Below are positions 18,772 to 27,034 of a stretch of 53,919 nt of DNA, one piece after another. The number at the start of each line of letters is the position of its first letter. Within the stretch, counting starts at the first letter, position 1. Both the position numbers and the translations under genes were made by a program. The notes below the pieces were generated by a model. The model had not been told where the DNA came from and did not search any database. It saw nothing but the letters and a program-made list of their open reading frames with translations. The stretch is from a virus (Duplodnaviria > Caudoviricetes): the IMG/VR virus record IMGVR_UViG_3300032240_000787, positions 1-53,919 of that record, one strand, 5' to 3'.

Positions 18772-19190
18772 AACAGCAGGAATGGAAGCCCTGCTGAAAA
18801 GCTGTTAGGTCAGACTCCGACCCCTAGTGGGTTTGTTGCATCGAAAGGTGTGGCGCTTCCAACGGGGTCTGTCTTAACAGCTTTTTTTTCGTCCAGAACT
18901 TCTCGTACTCCGCACGACAGCAGGGGCCGCAAGTGGGGCCGCTCGGAAGAAAACCGCGACACGGTATGACTTCGGTCTAGGGGGCAGTTCCCGAACAATC
19001 CGTGCGGCTGGTCGAATCGTCAAGCCGGGGGCATACGGTATCCAATCCGTAGCATGACGATCCCGTTCATCGGGGGTGAAGCACCTTTCTCCTTCCTTAC
19101 TCCACCGCCGTGGGGTAGGGGGGGTCTTTGGGTGAAAGGATTGAGAGGGGGGACAAGGGAGCAAAAAAAAAGGGACACGACCCAGTTTTT
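18772..19190 (+). ncRNA. Candidate long structured non-coding RNA (attenuator-like 5' part, multi-stem 3' part)
   Basis: No credible ORF after a strong promoter; many stems, GAAA and UUCG tetraloops, G-tract. Confidence 0.5.
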
Positions 19191-19261
19191 TTTGACCACA
19201 AACTCTAATTTGAAGTTAAACTGCACAGACCACAAAATCGTGGGGATTACAGGAAAAAATC

Positions 19262-19540
19262 ATGACCGAAGCAGAAGAGATGGAAGAGTTGATCTGGAAG
19301 CGCCGCAAGGACAAGTTTGTCTCCGAGGGGTGCCCGGAGCCACAGGCACACGAGTTGGCAGCGACGATGATGCTCCGCGACCGCGAGGACGACCCTGACT
19401 GCCTGCGCACTTGCTTTGAGTGCAAGCACCTGAAGGGCAGGCACTGCGAGGGCATCACAGACCGTTTTGGCAAGCCCACCACGCAGATGCGGTTCATCCT
19501 GCAACGCTGCCCCACATTCGTTTTGAAGGGAAAGAAATGA
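19262..19540 (+). CDS. Hypothetical Cys-rich (Zn-binding) protein
   Basis: 92 aa; CFECKHL..C..RCP; AGGA RBS. Confidence 0.75.
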   Translation: MTEAEEMEELIWKRRKDKFVSEGCPEPQAHELAATMMLRDREDDPDCLRTCFECKHLKGRHCEGITDRFGKPTTQMRFILQRCPTFVLKGKK

Positions 19541-19992
19541 GAGTCCTTGGAATTGACCCCGGTGCGTCTGGCGCACTGGTGCTGTTGGAGAACGGCCAGC
19601 CCATCGAGTGGACAGAGATGCCCACGCTCAAGATCGGCAAGGCCACGCGAGTCAACGCCGCCGCGCTGGCCGACTGGATTGCATCGGTGTGTTGCACGCA
19701 GGTGTATGTCGAGCAGGTGCATGCGATGCCCGGGCAGGGTGTGGTGTCCATGTTCAACTTTGGGCACTCGTGCGGCACCGTTATGGGCGTGCTGGGGGCT
19801 ATGTGCCTGCCCTACGCCATGGTGACGCCACAGGAGTGGAAGAAGGCCGCAGGGCTGATCGGCACCGACAAGGACGCCGCCCGGTCACGCGCAATTCAGA
19901 TCTGGCCGAAGTGGCGTGATCTGGACAAAAAAGGCAAAGGACAAGCACTGGCTGACGCCGCCCTGATCGCGGCGTATGGAGAACTGACATGA
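19537..19992 (+). CDS. RuvC-like Holliday junction resolvase
   Basis: LGIDPG, VYVEQV, FNFG, PQEWK, ADAALIA. Confidence 0.88.
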   Translation: MRVLGIDPGASGALVLLENGQPIEWTEMPTLKIGKATRVNAAALADWIASVCCTQVYVEQVHAMPGQGVVSMFNFGHSCGTVMGVLGAMCLPYAMVTPQEWKKAAGLIGTDKDAARSRAIQIWPKWRDLDKKGKGQALADAALIAAYGELT

Positions 19993-20615
19993 CAAAAAAC
20001 GAAGCATTGAAGCAGGCGCTGGAGGCGATACAAAGCGACCTCGGCACTTACAACATTCCACCAACTTCTAAGATGCTGGAAGCCATCACCGCCATCAAGC
20101 AAGCCCTTGAGCAGCCTGTGCAGGAGCCTGTGGCTTGGGCGGATATGGGCACTCGTGATGTGGATAACGATGTTGGTCTTTCGTGGACTCCGGGTTACTT
20201 TCACACGCAACCCCTCTATACCACCCCACCCGCACAGCGTCCTTGGGTTGGTCTGACGGATGAGGAGACGGAGACGCTGATTCACCGATTTGGCGGTGAC
20301 CCGTGGACACTGTTGGACGAGGTTACAGCAAGGCTTGAAAAGAGGAACACAATGGATAAAGACGGATACCACGGCCATGACACCAATGCTTGGCGCAAAG
20401 ACGCAAGTGAATACGAGCGCGGGTTCATTGACGGTATGCAAAAGCAGATGCAGTCAAGCGTGGACAAGGCGGTCAACGCAATGTCACAGCGGCAATGGGC
20501 TGGGCTGACGGACGAGGAGATTCAAACCATCGTTAACAAGGTGGCAAGTGATTACCAAACTAGCGACACATTTGCCCGAGCCATTGAGCAAGCCTTGAAG
20601 GAGAAGAACACATGA
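19989..20615 (+). CDS. Modular hypothetical protein with two W(V/A)GLTDEE repeats
   Basis: 208 aa; internal RBS plus in-frame ATG at 20352. Confidence 0.7.
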   Translation: MTKNEALKQALEAIQSDLGTYNIPPTSKMLEAITAIKQALEQPVQEPVAWADMGTRDVDNDVGLSWTPGYFHTQPLYTTPPAQRPWVGLTDEETETLIHRFGGDPWTLLDEVTARLEKRNTMDKDGYHGHDTNAWRKDASEYERGFIDGMQKQMQSSVDKAVNAMSQRQWAGLTDEEIQTIVNKVASDYQTSDTFARAIEQALKEKNT

Positions 20616-20782
20616 CGCTTGACGAACAGATCATGAGATTGTCCGCAGGCAGGATGCACCTTGGCTGGTTTATGGACTGGTTCGATCAAGATGAAAAGTG
20701 GGAAAGCTACCTGCGATGCGCAGTGCTGTTTCACGCCTACGACGAACTGTTGAAAAAGAAAATGAAGGAGAAAAACAAATGA
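20612..20782 (+). CDS. Hypothetical protein (56 aa; not in ORF track)
   Basis: MTLDEQIMRL..KKKMKEKNK; AAGGAG RBS; ATGA overlaps at both ends. Confidence 0.65.
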   Translation: MTLDEQIMRLSAGRMHLGWFMDWFDQDEKWESYLRCAVLFHAYDELLKKKMKEKNK

Positions 20783-21120
20783 CCGTATCGCAAACTGACA
20801 TCAATAATGCCGTGGACTACATCTACAGCCATGGCCAGAAGTATGCCCAAGCAAAGGGGCACCTGACCTACTTGGAAGAATTCCGCAAGAGCAAGAAGTC
20901 GATGCTCATGAAGACCGCCATGGCCAACGGCATCAAGACCGCCGCCGCCGCCGAGATGGAGGCCTACGCCGATGTGGAGTATGTGGAGTTGCTCAAGGGC
21001 ATTGCCGCCGCCACAGAGGCCGCAGAAGGCCTGCGCTGGGGGTTGGTAGCGGCACAAGCCCGGGTGGACGTCTGGCGCTCTCTGGAGGCCTCCAATCGCT
21101 CGATGGATAGGCTGGGATGA
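20779..21120 (+). CDS. Hypothetical helical protein (113 aa)
   Basis: AAGGAG RBS; YLEEFRKSKK..VDVWRS. Confidence 0.75.
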   Translation: MTVSQTDINNAVDYIYSHGQKYAQAKGHLTYLEEFRKSKKSMLMKTAMANGIKTAAAAEMEAYADVEYVELLKGIAAATEAAEGLRWGLVAAQARVDVWRSLEASNRSMDRLG

Positions 21121-21389
21121 ACAACAAATTGACCAAAACCGAGCGCCTGCATCTGGCCCGGGTGAAGGAACTGCCCTGCAGTGTCTGTGACGCCCCCGGG
21201 CCGTCCGATGCTCACCATGTCAAACAGCACCGCCAGTACACCTGCGTGGCCCTGTGCAAGTCCTGCCACCAAGGCGCTCTCATGGGCCTGCATGGCCAGC
21301 GCAGGGCATGGGCCATCGCCAAGATGGACGAGATGGACGCCTTGAATGTGACCATCCAGAGGCTCGTGGAATCGGATTCCACACATTAG
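21117..21389 (+). CDS. Ref/DUF968-like HNH-type nuclease
   Basis: LPCSVC..DAHH..LCKSCH..GLHG. Confidence 0.7.
   Translation: MNNKLTKTERLHLARVKELPCSVCDAPGPSDAHHVKQHRQYTCVALCKSCHQGALMGLHGQRRAWAIAKMDEMDALNVTIQRLVESDSTH
21366..21382. repeat. 17-bp palindrome copy 3
   Basis: GTGGAATCGGATTCCAC at the 3' end of the nuclease gene. Confidence 0.95.
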
Positions 21390-21488
21390 GGAAAGTACCT
21401 AGAAAAATATTTTGAAAAAGTGTTGTGTTGGTTCTTTAACTTCGTGTTAAAATTCATGCACGGTCAACGAGACCGGGATTACCAAGGA
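21387..21488 (+). promoter_or_regulatory. Promoter with AGGG-N5-ACCT, TAAC-N5-GTTA and GGGATTAC motifs
   Basis: TGtTAAAAT extended -10 (hexamer 21448-21453); motifs shared with other promoters. Confidence 0.65.
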
Positions 21489-21493
21489 TTAAC

Positions 21494-21787
21494 ATGACCA
21501 CCATCACCACCACCCCCGCTTCTGCTGACGAATTGGGCACTTTGCTGGCTCAAATCGCCAGTCTGACCAAGCAGGCTGACGCCATCAAGGACGCCATGAA
21601 GGATGTGGCCACCCGTAGCGACACCAAAGTTTTTGAGGGTTCGCTCTTCAAAGCGACCTTCATCGAGGCCAACCGTAATGTCGTTGACTACAGCGCCCTG
21701 ATCGCCGAGTTGGGTTGCACCGACGAGCAACTGGCTCGTTTCACCAAGACCACTGCGGTCTTCAGCATCAAGACAACCGCACGCTGA
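21494..21787 (+). CDS. Hypothetical protein (97 aa)
   Basis: AAGGA RBS; ADELGTLLAQIA coiled segment. Confidence 0.75.
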   Translation: MTTITTTPASADELGTLLAQIASLTKQADAIKDAMKDVATRSDTKVFEGSLFKATFIEANRNVVDYSALIAELGCTDEQLARFTKTTAVFSIKTTAR

Positions 21788-21794
21788 TCAACCC

Positions 21795-21810
21795 GGGGGC
21801 TTCGGCCCCC
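21795..21810 (+). other. UUCG-capped hairpin (terminator-like, no U tract)
   Basis: GGGGGC-TTCG-GCCCCC. Confidence 0.6.
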
Positions 21811-21819
21811 ACAAGAAAT

Positions 21820-22167
21820 ATGTTCCAAAACACTTTTTGTTCACAATGCGGCCAGTCATTTGGCACAGGCAACAGCGGCTACAGCCACTGCAAAGATCAC
21901 AAGGAAAAAACAATGAAACGCAATTTCCGGCTTGCTTTCAATGCACTCAAGAAGCTGGGCGTGCCAGTGTATGAGCGGGACGACATGGACGGTCGATTCC
22001 AGATCAGCGCGGAGGATCCTGAGTCGTACAAGTGGTGCAACTACTACGCCATCAATCACGACAACTGGATCTTTGGCGTGAACCCTCAGGTCGAGGGAAC
22101 TCTTGCCAAGTACGGCCTGTTCAGCGAATGGATCAACCCGGGTGAACTGGGCGTTTATAAACTTTGA
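21820..22167 (+). CDS. Hypothetical protein: N-terminal C2-HC Zn-finger peptide fused in frame to an 84-aa protein with its own start at 21913
   Basis: CSQCG..HCKDH then AAGGA-N-ATG MKRNF. Confidence 0.6.
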   Translation: MFQNTFCSQCGQSFGTGNSGYSHCKDHKEKTMKRNFRLAFNALKKLGVPVYERDDMDGRFQISAEDPESYKWCNYYAINHDNWIFGVNPQVEGTLAKYGLFSEWINPGELGVYKL

Positions 22168-22177
22168 GGAGAAAATC

Positions 22178-22372
22178 ATGGAAGACATCGTCATCAAAAC
22201 CAAATCACAATACGACAAGGTCAGCGTGACCGAGTTCGATGGGTGCCTGTGGTTGCACCTGACCATCCGCAATGGCACCTGCCACGTCACGCTCACCAAG
22301 GAGCAGGCCAATGACTTGATCATGGGCCTGCAAACAGTCGTCGCAGTTCTGGAGGAACAACATCATGACTGA
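22178..22372 (+). CDS. Hypothetical protein (64 aa)
   Basis: GAGGAG RBS. Confidence 0.7.
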   Translation: MEDIVIKTKSQYDKVSVTEFDGCLWLHLTIRNGTCHVTLTKEQANDLIMGLQTVVAVLEEQHHD

Positions 22373-22652
22373 GAAAAAAGAACTGTCGGGCTTGGCCCGT
22401 CAAATCCTTGGCGGCTCCGGGGCCGTCGACTTCTATACCCAACAGGAATTCGACGCCGCCCTGACGGTGGCCAAGGCCGAGATCATGACGGTGGCCATCC
22501 AGACCAGCAGGCAGGCCATCTTTATTGAGCGTCAGGCCTGCGCAGAACTTGTCGCAAAGCTGGCGGACGAAGAGGATGAGGGTTCGGTAGCCACGGCCCT
22601 CAGGAGCGCCTCTGAGGCCATCCTAGACCGCATCCCATCGCAGAGGCAGTGA
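22365..22652 (+). CDS. Hypothetical protein (95 aa)
   Basis: GGAGG RBS; ERQACA motif. Confidence 0.7.
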   Translation: MTEKKELSGLARQILGGSGAVDFYTQQEFDAALTVAKAEIMTVAIQTSRQAIFIERQACAELVAKLADEEDEGSVATALRSASEAILDRIPSQRQ

Positions 22653-22653
22653 C

Positions 22654-22839
22654 ATGCGATTCATCTCAAATACCCTGCTGGCGGCTTTGCTGATCGTGGC
22701 ATGGCTCGGCTTGATCGACCTGTCGAGCCGTCTTGCAAAATCCGAGCACCGAGTGGACTGTTCAATTTCTGAGTTCCACCCGGACATCACCCCAAAAGAA
22801 CGTGAAGCATGCAGAGAACGCAGGAGAAATAAATCATGA
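22654..22839 (+). CDS. Small membrane-anchored protein
   Basis: N-terminal TM; DCSISEFHPD..REAC. Confidence 0.6.
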   Translation: MRFISNTLLAALLIVAWLGLIDLSSRLAKSEHRVDCSISEFHPDITPKEREACRERRRNKS

Positions 22840-24194
22840 GATTCGGTTCTGTCTGCTCTGGTATCGAAGCCGCCAGCGTGGCGTGGCATCCGCTTGGATG
22901 GCGTGCCGCTTGGCTGTCCGAGATTGAGCCTTTCCCTAGCGCCGTGCTGGCGCATCATTACCCGGATGTCCCCAACCTTGGCGATATGACTTTGTTGCCC
23001 GAGCGCATCTTGTCTGGAGAGGTTGAAGCACCTGATGTTTTTTGTGGAGGAACACCGTGCCAAGCATTTAGCGTCGCAGGTCTTCGCAAGTCCCTTGAGG
23101 ATGCTCGGGGGAATCTTTCACTCACTTTTGTAGGAATCGCAAATGCAATTGACCATGTTCGATCTATTCGATCAACTCCTCCAGCAATCGTCTTCTGGGA
23201 AAACGTGCCCGGAGTCCTCAGCACTAAGGACAATGCCTTCGGCTGCTTTCTTGGAGCACTTGCCGGGGAAGATGATCCGCTCATCCCATCAAGGGAAAAA
23301 TGGACGAACGCAGGTTGTGTGTATGGCCCCCAAAGAACAGTCGCGTGGCGAGTCCTTGACGCCCAATATTTCGGAGTGGCCCAACGCCGCCGACGTGTGT
23401 TCGTTGTCGCAAGTGCTAGAGACGGGTTCGATCCCGCAGCGGTTCTTTTTGAGTTCGGTGGCGTGCGCCGGGATACTGCGCCGAGCCGAGAAGCGGGGCA
23501 AGGATTTACCCCCGGCGCTACAAGCAGCCCTTCAAGCAGTAGCTGGTGGGATGGCGGCGATGTAGATGCAACACTGACAACCAAAAGCGATGACCAGCGA
23601 ATGCCCGACAAGGCGAACGCGCAGTTGGTGATGCAGCCCATTGCTTTCCACCCAACGCAAGACCCGATCAGCAGCAAGGATGGCAGCACCCACGCAATGG
23701 GCACGGGCAATGGTCAAGGGTGCGCCACAGTGGCGGTGATGCAGCCCATCCCAATCGACACAATGAATCACATTGGTCGGGGCGATAACCACAGCATGGG
23801 TGACTTTGTGCCCGGCGCTCCAAGTTTCACCCTGACCAAGGGGCACAGCCATGCGGTGGCGACGCCGATGGATTTCGACCTTGCTCAAATCACCAGCGCG
23901 GCAAACCGCTCACGGGTCAGCCCCGAACTGCCAGCCAGCACAATCACCAAGGGCAGCGACATGCATGTGGCCAACACAATGGCCGTGCGCCGCCTGACGC
24001 CAGTGGAGTGCGAACGCCTGCAGGGCTTTCCTGACCAGTACACGGCTATCAGTTGGCGCAAGAAGCCTGTCGATGAGTGCCCAGACGGCCCGCGCTACAA
24101 GGCGCTGGGCAATAGCTGGGCCGTCCCGAATGTCCGATGGATTGGCCAAAGAATTCAAAATGAAATTGAAAAAAGCAAAAAGCAAAACAAATGA
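22836..24194 (+). CDS. DNA (cytosine-5) methyltransferase
   Basis: SVCSGIEA (I), GGTPCQAFS (IV), WENVPG (VI), QRRRRVF (VIII), RRLTPVECERLQGFPD (IX), YKALGNS (X). Confidence 0.95.
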   Translation: MRFGSVCSGIEAASVAWHPLGWRAAWLSEIEPFPSAVLAHHYPDVPNLGDMTLLPERILSGEVEAPDVFCGGTPCQAFSVAGLRKSLEDARGNLSLTFVGIANAIDHVRSIRSTPPAIVFWENVPGVLSTKDNAFGCFLGALAGEDDPLIPSREKWTNAGCVYGPQRTVAWRVLDAQYFGVAQRRRRVFVVASARDGFDPAAVLFEFGGVRRDTAPSREAGQGFTPGATSSPSSSSWWDGGDVDATLTTKSDDQRMPDKANAQLVMQPIAFHPTQDPISSKDGSTHAMGTGNGQGCATVAVMQPIPIDTMNHIGRGDNHSMGDFVPGAPSFTLTKGHSHAVATPMDFDLAQITSAANRSRVSPELPASTITKGSDMHVANTMAVRRLTPVECERLQGFPDQYTAISWRKKPVDECPDGPRYKALGNSWAVPNVRWIGQRIQNEIEKSKKQNK

Positions 24195-24643
24195 GTCACG
24201 AAGCAAAACAGTTTTATCTTGACCAGATCAGTCGCAAGCCAAAGTCCAACCGATTCGTCGAGCAGTTGATGATGCGGCACTTCCCGGTGTCTGGCATCCA
24301 GATCCGCACCCAGTTGCTGGAAGAGGGCTACATCGTAGTGGTGGAACAGGAAGCCGCAAAGGATGGCCGGATCTATTCCAAAGTCATGGCCACCGGCAAG
24401 AAGCTACCCAAGCCAGAGATGGAGCAGGCCTACAGCGCCACATGGGAGGACGGCACCCCGAAGTCCCATGGCAATGCATTCGACTGGCGCAACTACGGGA
24501 GCGCCATCCTAAATGACCGTGCATTCCGAATGGCCGAGATGGCCAAAAAGAACTCCACCGGCACTGGTGTGGACGCACGCAAGCAATTCACGATCTACAG
24601 TCGATCGCGGCCAGATGCACGCCGGGGCGCTTCTCCGGCATAA
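24191..24643 (+). CDS. Hypothetical protein (150 aa)
   Basis: ATGA overlap with the MTase gene. Confidence 0.65.
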   Translation: MSHEAKQFYLDQISRKPKSNRFVEQLMMRHFPVSGIQIRTQLLEEGYIVVVEQEAAKDGRIYSKVMATGKKLPKPEMEQAYSATWEDGTPKSHGNAFDWRNYGSAILNDRAFRMAEMAKKNSTGTGVDARKQFTIYSRSRPDARRGASPA

Positions 24644-24721
24644 GGGTTTGTCCCTATTTGCTATATTCCTGTAATTCCGTGTTAGAATTCACGTACTGCG
24701 AAATTAGCAGGGATTACAGGA
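24641..24721 (+). promoter_or_regulatory. Promoter with AGGG-N5-CCCT, TAAT-N5-GTTA and GGGATTACAGGA motifs
   Basis: TGtTAGAAT extended -10 (hexamer 24683-24688). Confidence 0.65.
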
Positions 24722-24728
24722 GATTCAA

Positions 24729-24935
24729 ATGACAAGATTCACAGACCGCACGATCCGCAAAGCAGGCCAGTGGGTGAAGATTACCCGAGACAACAAGATG
24801 AAGACCTTCACTCTCGCTCGTGGCTACGAGGGCGACTGGAAGTCCATTGAACTGGAAACCCTTTCTTTCAAGTGGGTTGCCAACTGGGCTGAAGCCACCG
24901 AGCGTGCGCTCCGTTCTATGTCCACATACGCCTGA
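24729..24935 (+). CDS. Hypothetical protein (68 aa)
   Basis: AGGAG RBS. Confidence 0.7.
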   Translation: MTRFTDRTIRKAGQWVKITRDNKMKTFTLARGYEGDWKSIELETLSFKWVANWAEATERALRSMSTYA

Positions 24936-24945
24936 GGAGAGCACC

Positions 24946-25182
24946 ATGGAAGGAAGAGTCATTCAACGCGCATACCAAGGCGGTGCCCGTCCCACGGTGG
25001 AAACTTACCGTTACCCCAAGGCCGAGTTCGGCCCCATAGATTGGGACTGGTCAAAGGGCTTCCCGATGCCCGTGCAAACCGTCACTGTGGCCGGGTACTA
25101 CGACGTCGAGGGCCACGAGCAGTGGCTTGAGGCCAAGTGGCAAATCATCAACGAGTGCCGTGTCAACAGGGTGGCGGCATGA
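24946..25182 (+). CDS. Hypothetical protein (78 aa)
   Basis: GAGGAG RBS. Confidence 0.7.
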   Translation: MEGRVIQRAYQGGARPTVETYRYPKAEFGPIDWDWSKGFPMPVQTVTVAGYYDVEGHEQWLEAKWQIINECRVNRVAA

Positions 25183-25286
25183 TGTGGCCATTCCCACCAC
25201 CCGGAGGGCCAACGCCATGGACTCCGGCCCAAGAGCAGGCCTACCAGCAAAAACGCCTGAGCGAAGCACCTGAGGCACCCCTATGA
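25179..25286 (+). CDS. 35-aa WPFP-motif peptide (not in ORF track)
   Basis: MMWPFPPPGGPTPWTPAQEQAYQQKRLSEAPEAPL; ATGA overlaps at both ends. Confidence 0.65.
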   Translation: MMWPFPPPGGPTPWTPAQEQAYQQKRLSEAPEAPL

Positions 25287-25984
25287 CCACACAGCTTGTG
25301 CGCGACATCATGAAGGCCGTCATTGAGACTGGCTTTGATCCCACTGAAGTGCAGTGGTTTGACGTCTCCAAAGCCTATGGCGGCGAGAACTCCGTCAACA
25401 TCAAACACCTTGCGACGCATCGCCCACCGTTTGAAAAAAACTTTGTGGTCTACGGCGGCTCCAGCAAAAATCACCCGTATTACGAGGTGATGATGCTGAT
25501 TGTCGGCACGGATCCAGAAGAGGGAATCGTCATTGACATCAGCAAGGGCACGCCCGGAAAGTTCAACACATTCCCGCCACTGGTCTACGCCGTCGATGAT
25601 GGCCAGATCCGATATGGCCCCGCAGATGAAAACCACGATGTCCCGCAGGACGTGGCCGAGTTGATGCTATCGCTTGTGGCCATGTGGTTTGAATCCATGG
25701 ACACTGGGTGCGATTCATACAGGCCCAGTGTGGCGCAGACATTCACCAACCGGCGCAAAATTGCGCAGGGCAAGACGCCCAGCTACGACTGGACTACAGT
25801 CGTGGTGACTGCAACCCCACCAAGGGCAGAGCCAAAGGGCGGCACACACGCCAGCCCACGATTGCACGACCGCAGGGGCCATATCAGGCGATTGCGCTCA
25901 GGCAAAAATGTGTGGGTAAAGGCCCATAAAGTGGGTGATGCCACACTCGGAACGATCTTTCACGACTACCAGATTGGAGAATGA
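25283..25984 (+). CDS. Hypothetical protein with C-terminal SPRLHDRRGHIR motif
   Basis: 233 aa; basic His-rich C-terminal motif. Confidence 0.75.
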   Translation: MTTQLVRDIMKAVIETGFDPTEVQWFDVSKAYGGENSVNIKHLATHRPPFEKNFVVYGGSSKNHPYYEVMMLIVGTDPEEGIVIDISKGTPGKFNTFPPLVYAVDDGQIRYGPADENHDVPQDVAELMLSLVAMWFESMDTGCDSYRPSVAQTFTNRRKIAQGKTPSYDWTTVVVTATPPRAEPKGGTHASPRLHDRRGHIRRLRSGKNVWVKAHKVGDATLGTIFHDYQIGE

Positions 25985-25985
25985 C

Positions 25986-26252
25986 ATGGCAACAGCCAAA
26001 AAAGCGCCTGCAAAGGCCTTAAAACCCGCCGCCAAGGCCAAGGTACCAGCAACAGCGAAAAAGCCCTCCACGGCCCCAAAAAAGGACGAGGAGTTCCGCA
26101 TGCCCACGGAGGTCAAGGATTGGATTGATCAGGCCATGAGCCGCATGAAGAGCATGCAAGGCAAGATCGACCGGCTGGAGACCGAGAACAAGGAACTCAA
26201 ATCCTACAAAAAGTGGGCGGAGCACCGCATTCTGGGGAGCAGCCGTGAGTGA
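25986..26252 (+). CDS. Protein with histone-H1-like K/A/P-rich N-terminus and coiled coil
   Basis: MATAKKAPAKALKPAAKAK; GGAG RBS. Confidence 0.7.
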   Translation: MATAKKAPAKALKPAAKAKVPATAKKPSTAPKKDEEFRMPTEVKDWIDQAMSRMKSMQGKIDRLETENKELKSYKKWAEHRILGSSRE

Positions 26253-26448
26253 AGGCATCGAAATCTATCACGGCGATGTCGTGTATCTGGAGGGCACCTA
26301 CACCCGGGAGCACTTCAGCCGCATCATGGCCACGCTGGAGCGCATCGACAACGCGAACAAGGATCTGGCCGCAGATCACAAGACCATGGACAAGACCGCT
26401 CCCGCCATGGAAGACGAGTGGAAGCAAAGCCCCAAGTCCATTGGCTGA
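26245..26448 (+). CDS. Hypothetical protein (67 aa)
   Basis: GTG start with GGGAG RBS. Confidence 0.55.
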   Translation: MSEGIEIYHGDVVYLEGTYTREHFSRIMATLERIDNANKDLAADHKTMDKTAPAMEDEWKQSPKSIG

Positions 26449-26509
26449 AATCCAACTGAGAGTTACACTTCGCACCATGCACTGAAAGATCGTGCGAAGG
26501 GAACAGACA

Positions 26510-27034
26510 ATGACCGAGAAAAAGCAAGCCGCGCCAAAAAAACCAACGGGTAGGCCGTCCACATACGACCCTGCTATCGCAAAGCAGATGTGTGAGCAAC
26601 TCAGTGAGGGAATTCCACTGAGGGAGATATGCAGACAAGAAGGCTTCCCGCTGTGGAGGACGGTGTACAACTGGATGGCGAAAGACCCAGATCTTTCTTC
26701 AGCCATCGCACACGCACGTGACGTGGGCTACGACGCCATGGCCGAGGACTGCCTGACCATCGCGGACACCCCGATGCTGGGCGAGGAGATCAGCGAGAGC
26801 GAGGACGAGGATGGCGTCAAGCGCATCACCATCAAGAAGGTGGATATGCTTGGCCACCGCAAGCTGCAGATCGAGACGCGCCTGAAGTTATTGGCCAAGT
26901 TCAATCCCAAGCGCTACGGAGACAAGATCACCCATGCCGGTGATGACGTCAACCCGGTGGTCATTGAGCAAAACCACAACATCTTTGGCGAACTGCTGAA
27001 GAACCTGAAGATGCAACGCCAAGCTGAGAAATGA
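26510..27034 (+). CDS. terS: Terminase small subunit (Sf6-like)
   Basis: GRPSTY..G..LREIC..P..TVYNW; RKLQIETR.KLLAK.NPKRYG; directly before terL. Confidence 0.9.
   Translation: MTEKKQAAPKKPTGRPSTYDPAIAKQMCEQLSEGIPLREICRQEGFPLWRTVYNWMAKDPDLSSAIAHARDVGYDAMAEDCLTIADTPMLGEEISESEDEDGVKRITIKKVDMLGHRKLQIETRLKLLAKFNPKRYGDKITHAGDDVNPVVIEQNHNIFGELLKNLKMQRQAEK

Noticed and set aside
18810-19398. ORFs 18810-18998, 18874-19164, 19020-19235 and 19054-19398
   Set aside because: No convincing RBS or family motif; they cross hairpins and homopolymer tracts.
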